Shown here: in pieces, positions 40,725 to 51,201 of the stretch
How the letters are laid out: every line of letters begins with the position of its first letter
How positions within the stretch are numbered: the first letter of the stretch is position 1
DNA from: Candidatus Eremiobacteria bacterium
Lineage (GTDB): Bacteria > Vulcanimicrobiota > Vulcanimicrobiia > Vulcanimicrobiales > Vulcanimicrobiaceae
DNA length: 64,000 nt
Direction: 5' to 3'
NCBI GenBank assembly: GCA_963758295.1
Contig: CAVWUU010000002.1
Location: forward strand, 1 to 64,000
Notes under the pieces: generated by a model
Seen by the model: the letters and a program-made list of their open reading frames with translations, nothing else
The model's database searches: none
What the model was told of the DNA's origin: nothing
Made by a program: the position numbers and the translations under genes

Positions 40725-41534
40725 TCGATCGGCGCGCTCCCAACGATAAACTGCTTGCGCACGACGCTACGCTCGTGCAAGAGGCCGCCGGCGGCCCAAT
40801 CGACATCGGGATCGTCCTCGGCAGCGGACTCTCGTCTTCGCTTCGCGATCGTTTTGCGGCGAAAGCGCTGCCCTACGATAAGCTTCTCGGGTTTCCGGTC
40901 GCGTCGCTGCGCGGCCACGCCGGCGAAGCGCTGGTGGGCACGTGGCAGGGCAAACGCGTCTGCGTCTTCGCCGGTCGCGTGCATTTGTATCAGGGCTTTT
41001 CGCCTCAGCAAGTAACGGTTAACGTTCGCCTGGCGCAAGCCGCCGGCGCTCGCATGATGATCTTGACGAACGCCGCAGGTGGATTGAATCCCGACTTCGA
41101 GCCGGGCGACTTGATGATGCTCAGCGATCATCTCAATCTCACCGGCCGCAATCCGCTTGTGGGCTTGCAGACCGAGAATCCGTTCGTTGACATGATGGAT
41201 TGCTATGCGTCGCGTCTGCGCGATCTGCTGCGATCTGCGGCGAAACCCGAACATCGTCTACGCGAAGGCGTTTATGCCGGTCTGCTAGGCCCGAATTACG
41301 AGACCGTCGCCGAAGGCGCGCTATCTGCGGGTAATCGGCGCCGATGCCGTTGGCATGTCGACCGTTTTGGAAACGATCGTCGCGCGTTTCCTCGGCATGG
41401 GCGTCACCGGGATCTCGCTCATCACCAACATCGTCGGCGCTCCCGAGACTTCTCACGCCGAAGTTACCGAACAAGCCTCGGCACGCGCTTCCCACTTCGC
41501 AGAACTCCTCGAATCTTTCATCGGAAAACTCTAG
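40721..41534 (+). CDS. punA: Purine-nucleoside phosphorylase (trimeric family); +1 frameshift near 41315
   Basis: 'IVLGSGL', 'GRVHLYQG', 'TNAAGG', 'GPNYET.AE'. The shifted frame continues 'ARYLRVIGADAVGMSTVLE...SLITN' to TAG at 41532-41534. Confidence 0.9.
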
Positions 41535-41584
41535 TCATCCTGAGCTTGTCGAAGGACAAGCGCATATCAACAACGCTCACGTAC
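41534..41584 (+). repeat. Single REP plus partial linker overlapping the punA stop
   Basis: GTCATCCTGAGCTTGTCGAAGGA followed by CAAGCGCATATCAACAACGCTCAC, the same linker as in the arrays. Confidence 0.88.
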
Positions 41585-41711
41585 CGCTCCTCATCATAAC
41601 TCACGGCATTCGACCATCGAGACGGGTGTTTTCAGGGAAATCTCATCGGGTTCCGGAGAAGCTTTCAGGTTTGGGCGCGATACTTGAAAGCGTTGATAAG
41701 GAGGACGACCG

Positions 41712-41828
41712 ATGGTGAAACGCGCGAACCGGGCACTGGATGAGATGCGGCTAGCGACGGCGCTGATTTACTTCGTTTTCGTGGGGGCGATCGCGGTGAT
41801 TGCCACGATCGCCTCTCACGTGCTCTGA
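41712..41828 (+). CDS. Small single-pass membrane protein (38 aa), below the ORF-track cutoff
   Basis: AAGGAGG RBS; MVKRANRALDEMRLATALIYFVFVGAIAVIATIASHVL*. Confidence 0.6.
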   Translation: MVKRANRALDEMRLATALIYFVFVGAIAVIATIASHVL

Positions 41829-41832
41829 AGAG

Positions 41833-44601
41833 TTAATGCCCGAAGCTGCGCGTGATGATGAAGCGCACGGTGGCCGGGCCGTAAGGAACGATGTTCCGTA
41901 AGCCTACCTGCCCGTTGGCCAGCGGAGCCGGTACTGCCGATCCGTACTGGACGTAATTGCCGGCGTCGGCTCCGAAAAGGTTATCCACGGAAACCTGCAC
42001 CGCCGTATCGCGCAGCACCGGCTGGCGATACGAGGCGGAAGCAACGAGAAACACCGGCATGTTGAAGGTGTTGTTCGGACCGTAGTACGTCAGTCCGAAC
42101 TGCGCGAACTGGCCGAAGCTGCCGCGGCGATGCACCTCGGCATAGCCCATGGAATAGGCTTCGCTTTTGTTTGAGATGCCGTTGAATGCGGGTGCGTTGA
42201 AGCCAATGTAATTTAGGCCCGGCACCACGCCGAGATTCGTCGTCAACGGTCCCGCCGCCGAGTCATAGAAGCCCGGCGGAATGTTATACGCATAGGCCCG
42301 TTGGAGCGAACCGGAGACCGTGAAGCCGTAGCCGCGAACCGGATCGTGGCGCAGCGATGCTTCCAAGCCCTCATAGCGGCTGCTCGCGAGGTTGGCGTTC
42401 GTCGTGATATAGACGGGGGTTCCGTTGAAGGACGTTCCGCTCGGATAAACGACGCCGACGAATTGGTTGCGAATGTTCGTTTGGTACGCGTCGACGGAGA
42501 AGATGTTGCCGCCCTTCAGACGCACGTCCGTGCCGAGGTCATAGCCGAATGAAGTCTCCGGCAAGAGCGATCCCGAGTTTTGCGAGATAGTAATCGTTCC
42601 GTTCACCGGTTGGGTCGTAGCCGGGTTGGTGTTCAGATTGTCGATCAGCTGCGGATATGGCGGCGCGATTGCCGAGCCGGCGGAGAAACGTACCGCGACG
42701 TTCGCATTCGGCAAATACGATATGCCCAGGCGAGGGTCGTCGTGCGTTGTCGTCGAGTGCGCGAACGTGAGGACGCCGTTCTCGCTCGAAGGCGTAAACT
42801 GATTCTGATAGACGTTATAGTAATTTGCAAGTGTCAGCTGCACTTTGTCGCTGAACGCGAAAACGCCGCGTAGCAAGTACGTATTAAAATCTTGGCGCGT
42901 GCCGCCCGGAATCGAAAAGGTCGTGGTGCCTGATCCGCCGTTTACCTTGTACGAATTCGTGAGCGACGTATTGCGGTCGTACGCAAACGTGTAGACGTTC
43001 GGCCCGACCGGGTGGTCGTATTGGAACGAAAAGCCATGCAGGTAGTCGTGATCCGACATGTTGTTCACGTAAGCCGACGAAGCCGGAACGGTAATCGTTG
43101 CCGGCCCGCCGGTGAAGAGGGTCGGTACGCTGCCGGCGCTGCCGAGCACCGCCGAACCATACAGGTTCAGCGTAGAGGTATACGGCGCTGTCGGCGACGT
43201 TGCATCGGAATACGTGGCGCGTTCGAGAACAGCGCTGTAGTAACGCGCCAAGATCGTATCGTTGTTGAACGTCGTGCGAAGATTCGCTTCGAACATCGGC
43301 TCGTTGTCGTACGTCCGTTGATTCGGAATCGTCGGGGTCGTATTCAGCGAGAAGAATTGCCCGCGCGAAAACGGTGTTCCCGCCGGATCGTAAGCCGGCG
43401 CCGGCGCAAAGACCGATGCGACCTGCGTCAGGCTTCCCGCGGGCGCATCGTAGTTCGACTGAATGCCGATATAGGCAGCCGAAAGAACAGTGGAGTCCGA
43501 GAAGTGATACTGGAGCTTCGCTAGTTCGCCGCGATTGAGGAAATTTGAATTCACGGTTTGGCAACACGCAATGAGCGACGTATAACCGGCATTCGGACTT
43601 CCGAGCGCGCCCGCAACCGGATACGGTCCGCTAACCCCATTAATGGGCTTGGCGCTCGTCGTTGAACCCGCAACGGTTTGCCCGTTTACGAGCGCGCCTT
43701 TCGGCAAGGAAATGTACGAAGGATACTGCTGCAGCGGCCCGCTGGTGCCGTAGCTCGCGTAATCTAGGAGATAGCCGACTTTCCCGATCGTGTCGGAGAG
43801 CCGCACGCTGCCGATCGTTCCGGAATAGTTATCAAAACCGAGCAACATGGAACCGCTCTGCTGTTGCGTCGGATCGCCGGTGCGGAAATTCAGCGTGCCG
43901 CCGATGCCGTAGTTGATCTCCGGGGCATACGCCGTCGGACCTTTCACGACTTCGACGTTATCGAACAGCAGCGAGTTAACGAGCATCGTCGGATAGTCGC
44001 CACGCGCGCCGTTGATTAGCGGATGGCCATCGATGAGCGTGGCTTTTTCATAATCGAGCGCGCCGCGCAGATTCGGCGACGTGATTGAACCCGGCGCCGC
44101 GGCATTGGCCGAACCCGGCCGTGCGCTCACCACACCCGGAATCTGATCGAGCACGTGACCGATTTGCACTTGCCCTTGATCGATGAACTGCTGGCGGCCG
44201 ACGGTCGCAATAGCGGAAGCGCTGGTATTGTACGTGCTCGTGGCCGACGCCGTAACCGTGGCGATCTGCTGCAACGTGCTCAATGATTCGGCACGCAACG
44301 TGAAGGCAACCGGCGCGGCCTGCGGCACCTGCACCGACGTTACCGTCGACGCAATAAAGCCGGGTTTAGAAGCGGTGACGTGATAGGTGCCGCTCGGAAC
44401 GTTCTCAATTGAGAAGTGCCCGCTTGCGTCGGTTTGCACAGGCTTTACAACCGATGGACGAATCGCGATTGCGACGTTGCCCAATGGCGCGCCCTGCGAA
44501 TCTATGACCGTTCCGCTAAGGGCAACGCTCTGCGCAAATGCAGGCTGCATACTAAATGCCGCGATGAAGGTAAACACGAGTAGATATCGCAGGTACGTCA
44601 C
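41833..44601 (-). CDS. TonB-dependent receptor with N-terminal carboxypeptidase-regulatory-like domain
   Basis: Signal peptide; 'LSGTVIDSQGAPL..QTDASGHF..GTYHVTASKPGF'; plug 'NLRG..LIDGHP..VEVVKGP..IGGTLNF'; 'VSVDNLF'. Start is GTG 44601 (TTG 44631 possible). Confidence 0.9.
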   Translation of the reverse strand: MTYLRYLLVFTFIAAFSMQPAFAQSVALSGTVIDSQGAPLGNVAIAIRPSVVKPVQTDASGHFSIENVPSGTYHVTASKPGFIASTVTSVQVPQAAPVAFTLRAESLSTLQQIATVTASATSTYNTSASAIATVGRQQFIDQGQVQIGHVLDQIPGVVSARPGSANAAAPGSITSPNLRGALDYEKATLIDGHPLINGARGDYPTMLVNSLLFDNVEVVKGPTAYAPEINYGIGGTLNFRTGDPTQQQSGSMLLGFDNYSGTIGSVRLSDTIGKVGYLLDYASYGTSGPLQQYPSYISLPKGALVNGQTVAGSTTSAKPINGVSGPYPVAGALGSPNAGYTSLIACCQTVNSNFLNRGELAKLQYHFSDSTVLSAAYIGIQSNYDAPAGSLTQVASVFAPAPAYDPAGTPFSRGQFFSLNTTPTIPNQRTYDNEPMFEANLRTTFNNDTILARYYSAVLERATYSDATSPTAPYTSTLNLYGSAVLGSAGSVPTLFTGGPATITVPASSAYVNNMSDHDYLHGFSFQYDHPVGPNVYTFAYDRNTSLTNSYKVNGGSGTTTFSIPGGTRQDFNTYLLRGVFAFSDKVQLTLANYYNVYQNQFTPSSENGVLTFAHSTTTHDDPRLGISYLPNANVAVRFSAGSAIAPPYPQLIDNLNTNPATTQPVNGTITISQNSGSLLPETSFGYDLGTDVRLKGGNIFSVDAYQTNIRNQFVGVVYPSGTSFNGTPVYITTNANLASSRYEGLEASLRHDPVRGYGFTVSGSLQRAYAYNIPPGFYDSAAGPLTTNLGVVPGLNYIGFNAPAFNGISNKSEAYSMGYAEVHRRGSFGQFAQFGLTYYGPNNTFNMPVFLVASASYRQPVLRDTAVQVSVDNLFGADAGNYVQYGSAVPAPLANGQVGLRNIVPYGPATVRFIITRSFGH

Positions 44602-44604
44602 CCT

Positions 44605-46971
44605 ATGAAGCGCTCCGTCGGAAAAAAGCAACTACTCGCTGCTATCATTTTAAACTTAGCCTTTGCTGTGAGTGCGGTGTCGCCGGCGGCGGGGGCAGAG
44701 AAAGTTCGCATTGCAATAACTGACGATTCAGGCCGCCCCGTGGCTTCGGCGGCAGTCGTCGTATCCGGCGAAACGACCGTGCGCGCGATATCCGACGGCA
44801 ATGGTATAGCCACCATTGGACCGGTAGAAACACCCGCTACCGTCACGGTGAGCGCACCATCGTTTAAGGTGGAGCACCGGGCCATCGCGGCAGGCACGAC
44901 GAGCGTTTCAATCACACTAACGCCTTCCGCCGGCGCGCTGCACATCATCGGGTCCGTTACGGGGCACGGACGCACGCCTTTTAACGCGACGCCGGTCGCG
45001 CAAAAGGTTTTTCCGCGAGAAGCCTACCGCGATCAAGGCCAGCCATCCGCGCGTACCGTCATCGACCAAACACCGGGTGTGCTTGCCGCGCCGGCCGCAT
45101 CCGGAGGCGCAGGATCGCCATATGCTCCGAGCTCTGTCATCGTCCGCGGGAGTTTGCCGTACGAAACACCGGTGTCGCTCGATGGCGAGCCGGTATGGTT
45201 CGGCTCAACCGGAACCTTCGACCTGAACCTCGTGCCGACGTTCGATCTTCAGGAAGTGGAAATTGTGAAGGGCCCCGGCGACGTCGCGGGACTCGGGTCG
45301 GGCGTCGGCGGGGCGGTGAATTTTCGGACCTCGGAGCCCACCGCGGTGCGTCGCGCATTTCCGGAGACCGAGGTCGATTCGCACGGCGGGTCCTTCAGCG
45401 ACATTTCGTACGTCGGAACCGTGCCGGGCGGCAAGCTCGCATTCTCGTCGATGGCCGAGGTTGACGGAACGCCGTGCTGCGGGCCGCTTCCCGCCGATGC
45501 GGTGCGAAAGTCGTTGCTCCTGAAATTGCGGTACATGCCTTCGCAAGCGCTAACCGTGACCGGCACGTTTCTCGGAACCAATCTCGACCGGTCGCTCGGT
45601 GCAAGCAATTCCGCAGAATCGGCCGGCACGTTCTTCTCGCTGCTTCCCTCAACGAACGTTCGGGAGAACGAACGGTTCCGCTTTGAAGACGTTGTAACGT
45701 CGCTCGATCGGGGCGACGACGCCTACGCATTTCACCTTTATGATTCAGCGACGACGCGCGAACGGTACGACGGCCTTAATACGAATGCTACGGATCGTGC
45801 AAGCGGCGCAAGCCTGGAGTGGCAGCATGCCGCGGGAAAAAACTCGTATGGACTACTTGCGCGATCCACGTATTTCACGAGCGACAACAACGATCCGTAC
45901 GAACAGCCCTTAGCCGGCGGATCATCGGAAACGCTAACGTATTTGCGCGGGTCCGCTACGCTTCGTCCATCGTCGCGCGATGAAGTCGATCTCTCCGGCG
46001 GCGGCATCTTCACGGGCATGCGCACTGCAGCGTTTGCGACGGTGAATGAACAACGCACCGGTACTGCCCCTGAGGGGCGTATTGCCTTTTCCCATCTCAT
46101 GCGGCCGGGAGTATCGCTGCGTGGAAGCTATGGTGTTGATGCCATTGCACCGCCGCTCGATGCACTCTCGGGCAGCGACCCGGCCACTCGCACGCCGCTG
46201 AATCTTCCCTCAACCGAAGTTCCATTTCGCTCCTCCGTCGATCGTTTTGAAACCGCCGGTGGCGGCGACGTCGGCGTGGAATGGCGCCTGCACGGCGGAA
46301 GCACCACGTTTTCGGCCGACTGGTATTCGTCCGTGACCCATGATGCCTATATGCTCGAGCGTTCGCAGGTCGCCGGACCGCTGGAAAGCGATACCTGGTT
46401 CAACGGACCGCCGGTCGAGGAGAGCGGCATCGAACTCGCCCTACAGCAATTCAAACCGGTCGGCATGGGCTATATCGCGCAGATAGCCTTTCCGCGTACG
46501 ACCGTTCGTGGAAATCTCGATCCGTCGTTTTACAGCAACGGGAATCTTGCGATCGTTCCCGGCCCAAACATCGGCGGCGGCGCCTGGTTCACGCCCGGTG
46601 AGAACGATATCGCTGCGGAGCGCGTGCCTTACGCGCAAGGCTATACGGAAATCAGTTACAAGTGGCCGCGCGGCTCTCGTGCGTCGCTCGGCATGCTGTA
46701 CGTTGGATCGAACAATCCCTACGGGCAGCGCGCCTTCGCAACATTCAACAGCAATCTCGAGCTTTCGGTCGCCTCGCGCTCGAAGTTTCAGATCTCGGTA
46801 GAGAACCTGTTCAACAATCTCGACATTCCCGTCCCGCTTTTTGGCGGTGGAATCGGCGTACCGCTTGTAACCGGGACGTTGGCGATGCAGAACGCGCAGG
46901 GATTGGCTCCGCGCACGATTCGCTTCATGTACCGGCAATCGTTCGGCGAGGGCTCGATCTACGAACACTAA
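44605..46971 (+). CDS. TonB-dependent receptor (paralogous to the divergent neighbour)
   Basis: Signal peptide; 'IVRGSLPYE..SLDGEP..VEIVKGP..VGGAVNFRT'; 'ISVENLFN'. Confidence 0.85.
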   Translation: MKRSVGKKQLLAAIILNLAFAVSAVSPAAGAEKVRIAITDDSGRPVASAAVVVSGETTVRAISDGNGIATIGPVETPATVTVSAPSFKVEHRAIAAGTTSVSITLTPSAGALHIIGSVTGHGRTPFNATPVAQKVFPREAYRDQGQPSARTVIDQTPGVLAAPAASGGAGSPYAPSSVIVRGSLPYETPVSLDGEPVWFGSTGTFDLNLVPTFDLQEVEIVKGPGDVAGLGSGVGGAVNFRTSEPTAVRRAFPETEVDSHGGSFSDISYVGTVPGGKLAFSSMAEVDGTPCCGPLPADAVRKSLLLKLRYMPSQALTVTGTFLGTNLDRSLGASNSAESAGTFFSLLPSTNVRENERFRFEDVVTSLDRGDDAYAFHLYDSATTRERYDGLNTNATDRASGASLEWQHAAGKNSYGLLARSTYFTSDNNDPYEQPLAGGSSETLTYLRGSATLRPSSRDEVDLSGGGIFTGMRTAAFATVNEQRTGTAPEGRIAFSHLMRPGVSLRGSYGVDAIAPPLDALSGSDPATRTPLNLPSTEVPFRSSVDRFETAGGGDVGVEWRLHGGSTTFSADWYSSVTHDAYMLERSQVAGPLESDTWFNGPPVEESGIELALQQFKPVGMGYIAQIAFPRTTVRGNLDPSFYSNGNLAIVPGPNIGGGAWFTPGENDIAAERVPYAQGYTEISYKWPRGSRASLGMLYVGSNNPYGQRAFATFNSNLELSVASRSKFQISVENLFNNLDIPVPLFGGGIGVPLVTGTLAMQNAQGLAPRTIRFMYRQSFGEGSIYEH

Positions 46972-48475
46972 ATCCAGGAGTGCAACCACATCCGTTGCAT
47001 CCATGCCCCATACGAGATCGTCATGCCGCTTAGGATCGGATAGAAGTAAATAAACCAGAGGACGGCAACGCCAAAATAGCCGCCGACAAACACACGCACG
47101 GCATTGACGTCCCACGCTCGGACGTTTCGCCATAGCCACTGCATTGCCACCGCCGTGCAGATGCACACGAGCGGGATGTCGACGTAAAAATGGTACTCCC
47201 AAGCAATGCGCGGCGAAAGCGGGCCCACGGCAACCACTGCGCGAGATAGGTCAGGACGACCAGTGCGTAGGCGCGACTACGCTCCCGAAACGCCAGGAAA
47301 CCGACGAACGGTACCGTCACGAGCCCCATCCACAGGATGATGGGATTCGGCAAAGACGTAATGATCGCAGCGGTGCGTACGTCTCCCATTTGGCCATAAT
47401 TGGCGTAGTACAAAATCGGCCGCAGATCGAGCGGCCAGGTCCACCACAACGAGGCATATGGGTGCGTCGCGGTGAGCGTGGAATGGTATTTATAGGCATT
47501 CACTTGCATCGTGATGATGTCGCTCAGCGTATAAGGGCGCGGCGCGAGCTGTGGCAAATCGCGAAGTCCCACGAAGTGCGGAATGTATGCAAGCGCGTAA
47601 ACGATGCCGATAGCGGCAATCATGCCGGCTGCAACAAGATCGACCGGAAAGAGCGCGCGCCGGTGCTTTGCGATCGCATAGACGGTCGCATAAGTTACTA
47701 CGCTGAACGCAACGAAGTACGCCATGACGCCGTACCATTTGCTCGCAACGAGCAGTGCGGCCGAAAATGCGAACAGCGTCAGCCATAATGCGCCGGCAGG
47801 CGGCCTAACGTAGACCCGATAGGCTACGTACAAAATACACGCAATAACGATGCCCGCGACGATTTTCGCTGCAACGATCTCATGCGGGAAGCGCAACAGC
47901 ACGATCGCTATCGAAAGCACCACCGCGACTGCGCCGCCGGCAAGCAGCCGTTTCAACGGGAAGAGTTGCCGCTCGGACGTTCGTTCGACGAGAGCGTCCC
48001 AATAACGCATGAACGTGTATAGCGTGGCAAGCGAGAAGACGACAACGAAACTTTCCGGTGTCGCGATGCGCGATTGCACGAAGTGCATGCCGTCGAACGC
48101 GAACAGGCCTGCAGCGTAGGCGCCGAAGAGCGTCGATCCCGTAACCCGCCGTGCGAGCACGTACAAGAGCCACACGGCGATCGCGCCCGCGACGACGTCT
48201 AAAAATCGCCATCCGGCCGATGTGTCGCCATTCGGCAATCCGCCAAAGAGGATAGTGGAGAGCGTGACGAGGAGCTTCGTGACCGGCGGATGCGTATTTT
48301 CGTAGATATACCGCCGTTGCAAATACTCTTCGGCCGCTCGCGCGAAGTAGACTTCGTCGAAAATCTTCTCCGGTGGAAACCAATAGCGGTACACCAACAT
48401 GAGGAACGACCCGACTGCCAGTCCAATTCCGACCAGCCGGTCGATGGTGCGCGTCCGGGTAGAAGAACGCGACAT
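46968..48475 (-). CDS. Protein O-mannosyltransferase-like (PMT/GT39) membrane glycosyltransferase; frameshift near 47222
   Basis: 'IFDEVYFARAA', 'THPPVTK', 'GWRF', 'FVQSRIA', 'HPYASLWWTWPL..RP', 'NPIILW'. The C-terminus 'SPRIAWEYHFY...FYPILSG...MWLHSWI' is in the shifted frame. Confidence 0.88.
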
Positions 48476-48580
48476 CGCGGCAGTTTCATAGCTTGCCATA
48501 CAGAAGCTACAAATAGCCGATTCAACGCTTCGCTCCTTGCCCGGGCATCAAAATCTTTTCGGAAGCGGCTGTCAAAAATG

Positions 48581-49062
48581 CTTACAGTTCTCGCTGCGGC
48601 TCGGCCTTTGGGGACCGTCGCCCGGCTTGCCGGCAATTATTCTTGGGCGTATCTTGTGCCCCCAAGCCCTCTTTGGCGCGCAACGGATTCGACGCCGTCA
48701 TTAGCCGGCTCGCTTCGTGGACGAACATGGCAACGTCGTAGACCTCGACGATTAGCTCATTCGCATCGGTAACTTCCGCTTGGATCGATCGAAAGACGCG
48801 TACCCGACACGACGATCGAGCGAATACGGTGATCCCAAAACGATAAGATCTTCACGGCAACGCGCGGAAGCCCGGCAATGATTTCACGCGCCCGGCGCGA
48901 TAGCGTCAAAGTGTCTTTGACCCACGGCGGATGATCGTGCGGCAGAAACGGTGTTTCAAGATCCGGCTCGCCGACAGCCGAAACAATCGGCTCGCTATGC
49001 GCGGTTTCGAGCGAAGCCGCAAGCGACGCAGCGCGATGTTCGCTTTCAATGCGACGAAGCAC
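48581..49062 (-). CDS. Hypothetical protein downstream of the FliA-like gene; probable frameshift near 48780
   Basis: ORF 48757-49062 overlaps the sigma-factor stop. Removing one base at GATCCA-A-GCG extends it with 'AEVTDANELIVEVYDVAMFVHEASRLM...'. Confidence 0.4.
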
Positions 49063-49723
49063 GCAAGGCCTTTCTCATACGGCTAACAGCCGCGAGATGC
49101 AATTGCGACGCGCGCTGCGGCGAGATCTGCATCGACTTCCCGATCTCGCGCAGAGAGCGATCGAAAAAATAGTGAGCGCGTACGAGCTTTTGCTGGCGCT
49201 CCGGCAGTTGCTCGATCGCTTTGTGCACCGCGGATCGTTCGAGGTTTTCGATGAACTCGCACGCCGGGTCGTTGCGCCGGTCGCGTGCGAGCGATTCGCC
49301 ATCCGGAAGCGGAGCGTCTAACGAAAGCGGTTGGGTACGATGCGCAACAAGCGTTGCCCGCGCAAATCCTGGACAAATGGCGTCCACTTCTTTCACCGAG
49401 GGCACCTCGCCGCGCTCGACCGCGATTCGATAGCGTTCAGCTTCGCCCTCACGGACGGTGCGGCGGGCGCGCTCCGAGACGGGATCCATACGTCGAATCC
49501 CGTTGAGCATGGCGCCGGCTATAACACCGCTTGCATATTGCTCGAGCGTCGGCCCGCGCGTGGGATCGAAATTGTCGACGGCCCGAATGAGGCCGATACT
49601 GCCGTCGCCCACAAGGTCGTCGACATCGACGCCGGCAACCAGCCGGCGTATGCGACGCGCAATTCGCCTTACAAGAGGAAATAGCTCGCGGATCCGGCGC
49701 TCGCGGACCGTTTCAGCGGACAC
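49046..49723 (-). CDS. fliA: FliA/WhiG (sigma-28) family RNA polymerase sigma factor
   Basis: 'PLVRRIARRI', 'DDLVGDGSIGLIRAVDNFDPTRG', 'RRMDPVS', 'SLDAPL', 'LPERQQ', 'SLREIG..MQISPQRASQLH'. Confidence 0.85.
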   Translation of the reverse strand: MSAETVRERRIRELFPLVRRIARRIRRLVAGVDVDDLVGDGSIGLIRAVDNFDPTRGPTLEQYASGVIAGAMLNGIRRMDPVSERARRTVREGEAERYRIAVERGEVPSVKEVDAICPGFARATLVAHRTQPLSLDAPLPDGESLARDRRNDPACEFIENLERSAVHKAIEQLPERQQKLVRAHYFFDRSLREIGKSMQISPQRASQLHLAAVSRMRKALRASSH

Positions 49724-49910
49724 GATCGCCCAGCTGCGCCGCAAGTGCGGCGCCAAACCCCGCTTTATCTTGCTCTGCTATCGACTGCGCCAGCGACGTG
49801 ATCCCGAACGAGGCAACGGGGTCGCCATCCTTCGCCAAGGGCGCCAGGCACTGTTCGAGTAACATCGATTCGAGCGCGGCGCCCAGGCGGTTAACTCCTA
49901 CCGTATCCAT
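49713..49910 (-). CDS. Small FlgJ rod-binding-domain-like protein (65 aa)
   Basis: 'ALESMLLEQ.L...LAQSIA...GFGAAL..QL' resembles the FlgJ N-terminal pattern; flagellar context. Confidence 0.55.
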   Translation of the reverse strand: MDTVGVNRLGAALESMLLEQCLAPLAKDGDPVASFGITSLAQSIAEQDKAGFGAALAAQLGDRVR

Positions 49911-49982
49911 GCGTCGACGCTATCAGCCGGCTGTTGCCAAATCGCTATGGACGCGTTACATATTCTCTAACGAGGTGTTGTT

Positions 49983-50417
49983 ATGGCAAGCGCAATCAAT
50001 GCTGAGCTCCAGGCTCCGCTTAATGGATTAGAGCAGGCGTGGAAACATGGCGACGGCGCAGCCTTCGCCGAACAGTGCACCGAGGACGTCGATTTCATCA
50101 ACATCCTCGGCATGCACGTTCAAGGGCGGCCGGCTGTCGCGGAGCTTCACAACAAGATCTTCAACGGTCCGTATAGGGGCAGCACCGTTACGTTCACCAT
50201 TGAAAGTGCTCGCGCAATCGGTTCCGATGCCGTGCTTGCCATCGTGCCAGGTCATCTCGAAATTCCGGAGGGTCCGGTAAAAGGCGCCGTCTTAACGGTT
50301 GCGAGCGTTTTGCTCCTCCGCGACGGCAGCGAATGGAAGATCGCCAACTTCCACAACACCCGGCGCGATTCCACACAACCGAGTCACCTCTCCGTAATGC
50401 GCGACGCAGTTAAATAA
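49983..50417 (+). CDS. NTF2-like SnoaL / SgcJ-EcaC family protein
   Basis: 'AWKHGDGAAFAEQCTEDVDFINILG..GR', 'WKIANFHNT'; GAGGTG RBS. Confidence 0.88.
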   Translation: MASAINAELQAPLNGLEQAWKHGDGAAFAEQCTEDVDFINILGMHVQGRPAVAELHNKIFNGPYRGSTVTFTIESARAIGSDAVLAIVPGHLEIPEGPVKGAVLTVASVLLLRDGSEWKIANFHNTRRDSTQPSHLSVMRDAVK

Positions 50418-50757
50418 TATCCGCGATTGGCGCATCTCCCCTACCCGCACGACGGCAACGATCGTCTATTCGCTGAGGCCGTCATCAACAAATGGGTGCA
50501 GGTACCGTTTCCTATCATCAGCCGCCGTGCGGTCCTCATCAAGAGACACCGCATTCCATCTATCATCGTGTCCCACGTGATCAAACCCCTCGATAGGAAA
50601 TACAGAAACACGAAAGCACAATCGCGGACGCAATTGCCAAGGGCGGCCTAATGCTGGAAACTTTGCCTTCTCGACGGAACGCGAGTTAAGCGCTTTCAAA
50701 ACGCCAACGAAGCGGCCGCGAAAGCGCTGAAACGGATTTAAAACGCGAGAGCTAGTT

Positions 50758-51193
50758 ATGCCGCACATAGAGATTGACGCTAAATCATGGGGCGGGGTTT
50801 TTATTTACCCCCTTACATCCGCCATAGAAATTGAAGCCGACCCGTTGGCCGCGACATTCGCCGTTGGCTTTGTTTTTCGGCAATTGCCGGACTTGCGGTG
50901 GCTCAAAGAATCGGTCCATTTCCTCATTGAAAAAGGCGCGAGCTTTTGGCTTATTCGGGCCTGAGGCAAGTAAGGCGCATGCCGTGGTAGATGAGATCGT
51001 CGTCCGATTGAGTCTTGAAGAGACCATACTAAGCATGGACTTTGAGGACGAGCTACATAATGTCGTTCTGTCGTTCTTTGGTATTGCTCAAGGAAGCACC
51101 CAGTCGGGTGTCGACAGGTTTGCCTTTTTCGTGCCCATTTCTATGATGAGCGAGGTCGATGAATCGATAATGCAGGGACTCAATTTACGCTGA
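50758..51193 (+). CDS. Hypothetical protein split by a frameshift at the T-run near 50946 (AT-rich cargo gene)
   Basis: ORFs 50758-50964 and 50831-51193 join as '...FLIEKGASF/GLFGPEASKAHAVVDEIV...'. Ends 8 nt before a degenerate flgG tail. Confidence 0.5.
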
Positions 51194-51201
51194 ACGTTAG
51201 A

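Noticed and set aside
50427..50768. ORFs 50427-50651 (+) and 50466-50768 (-)
   Set aside because: No RBS or recognisable motif; probably decayed cargo sequence.
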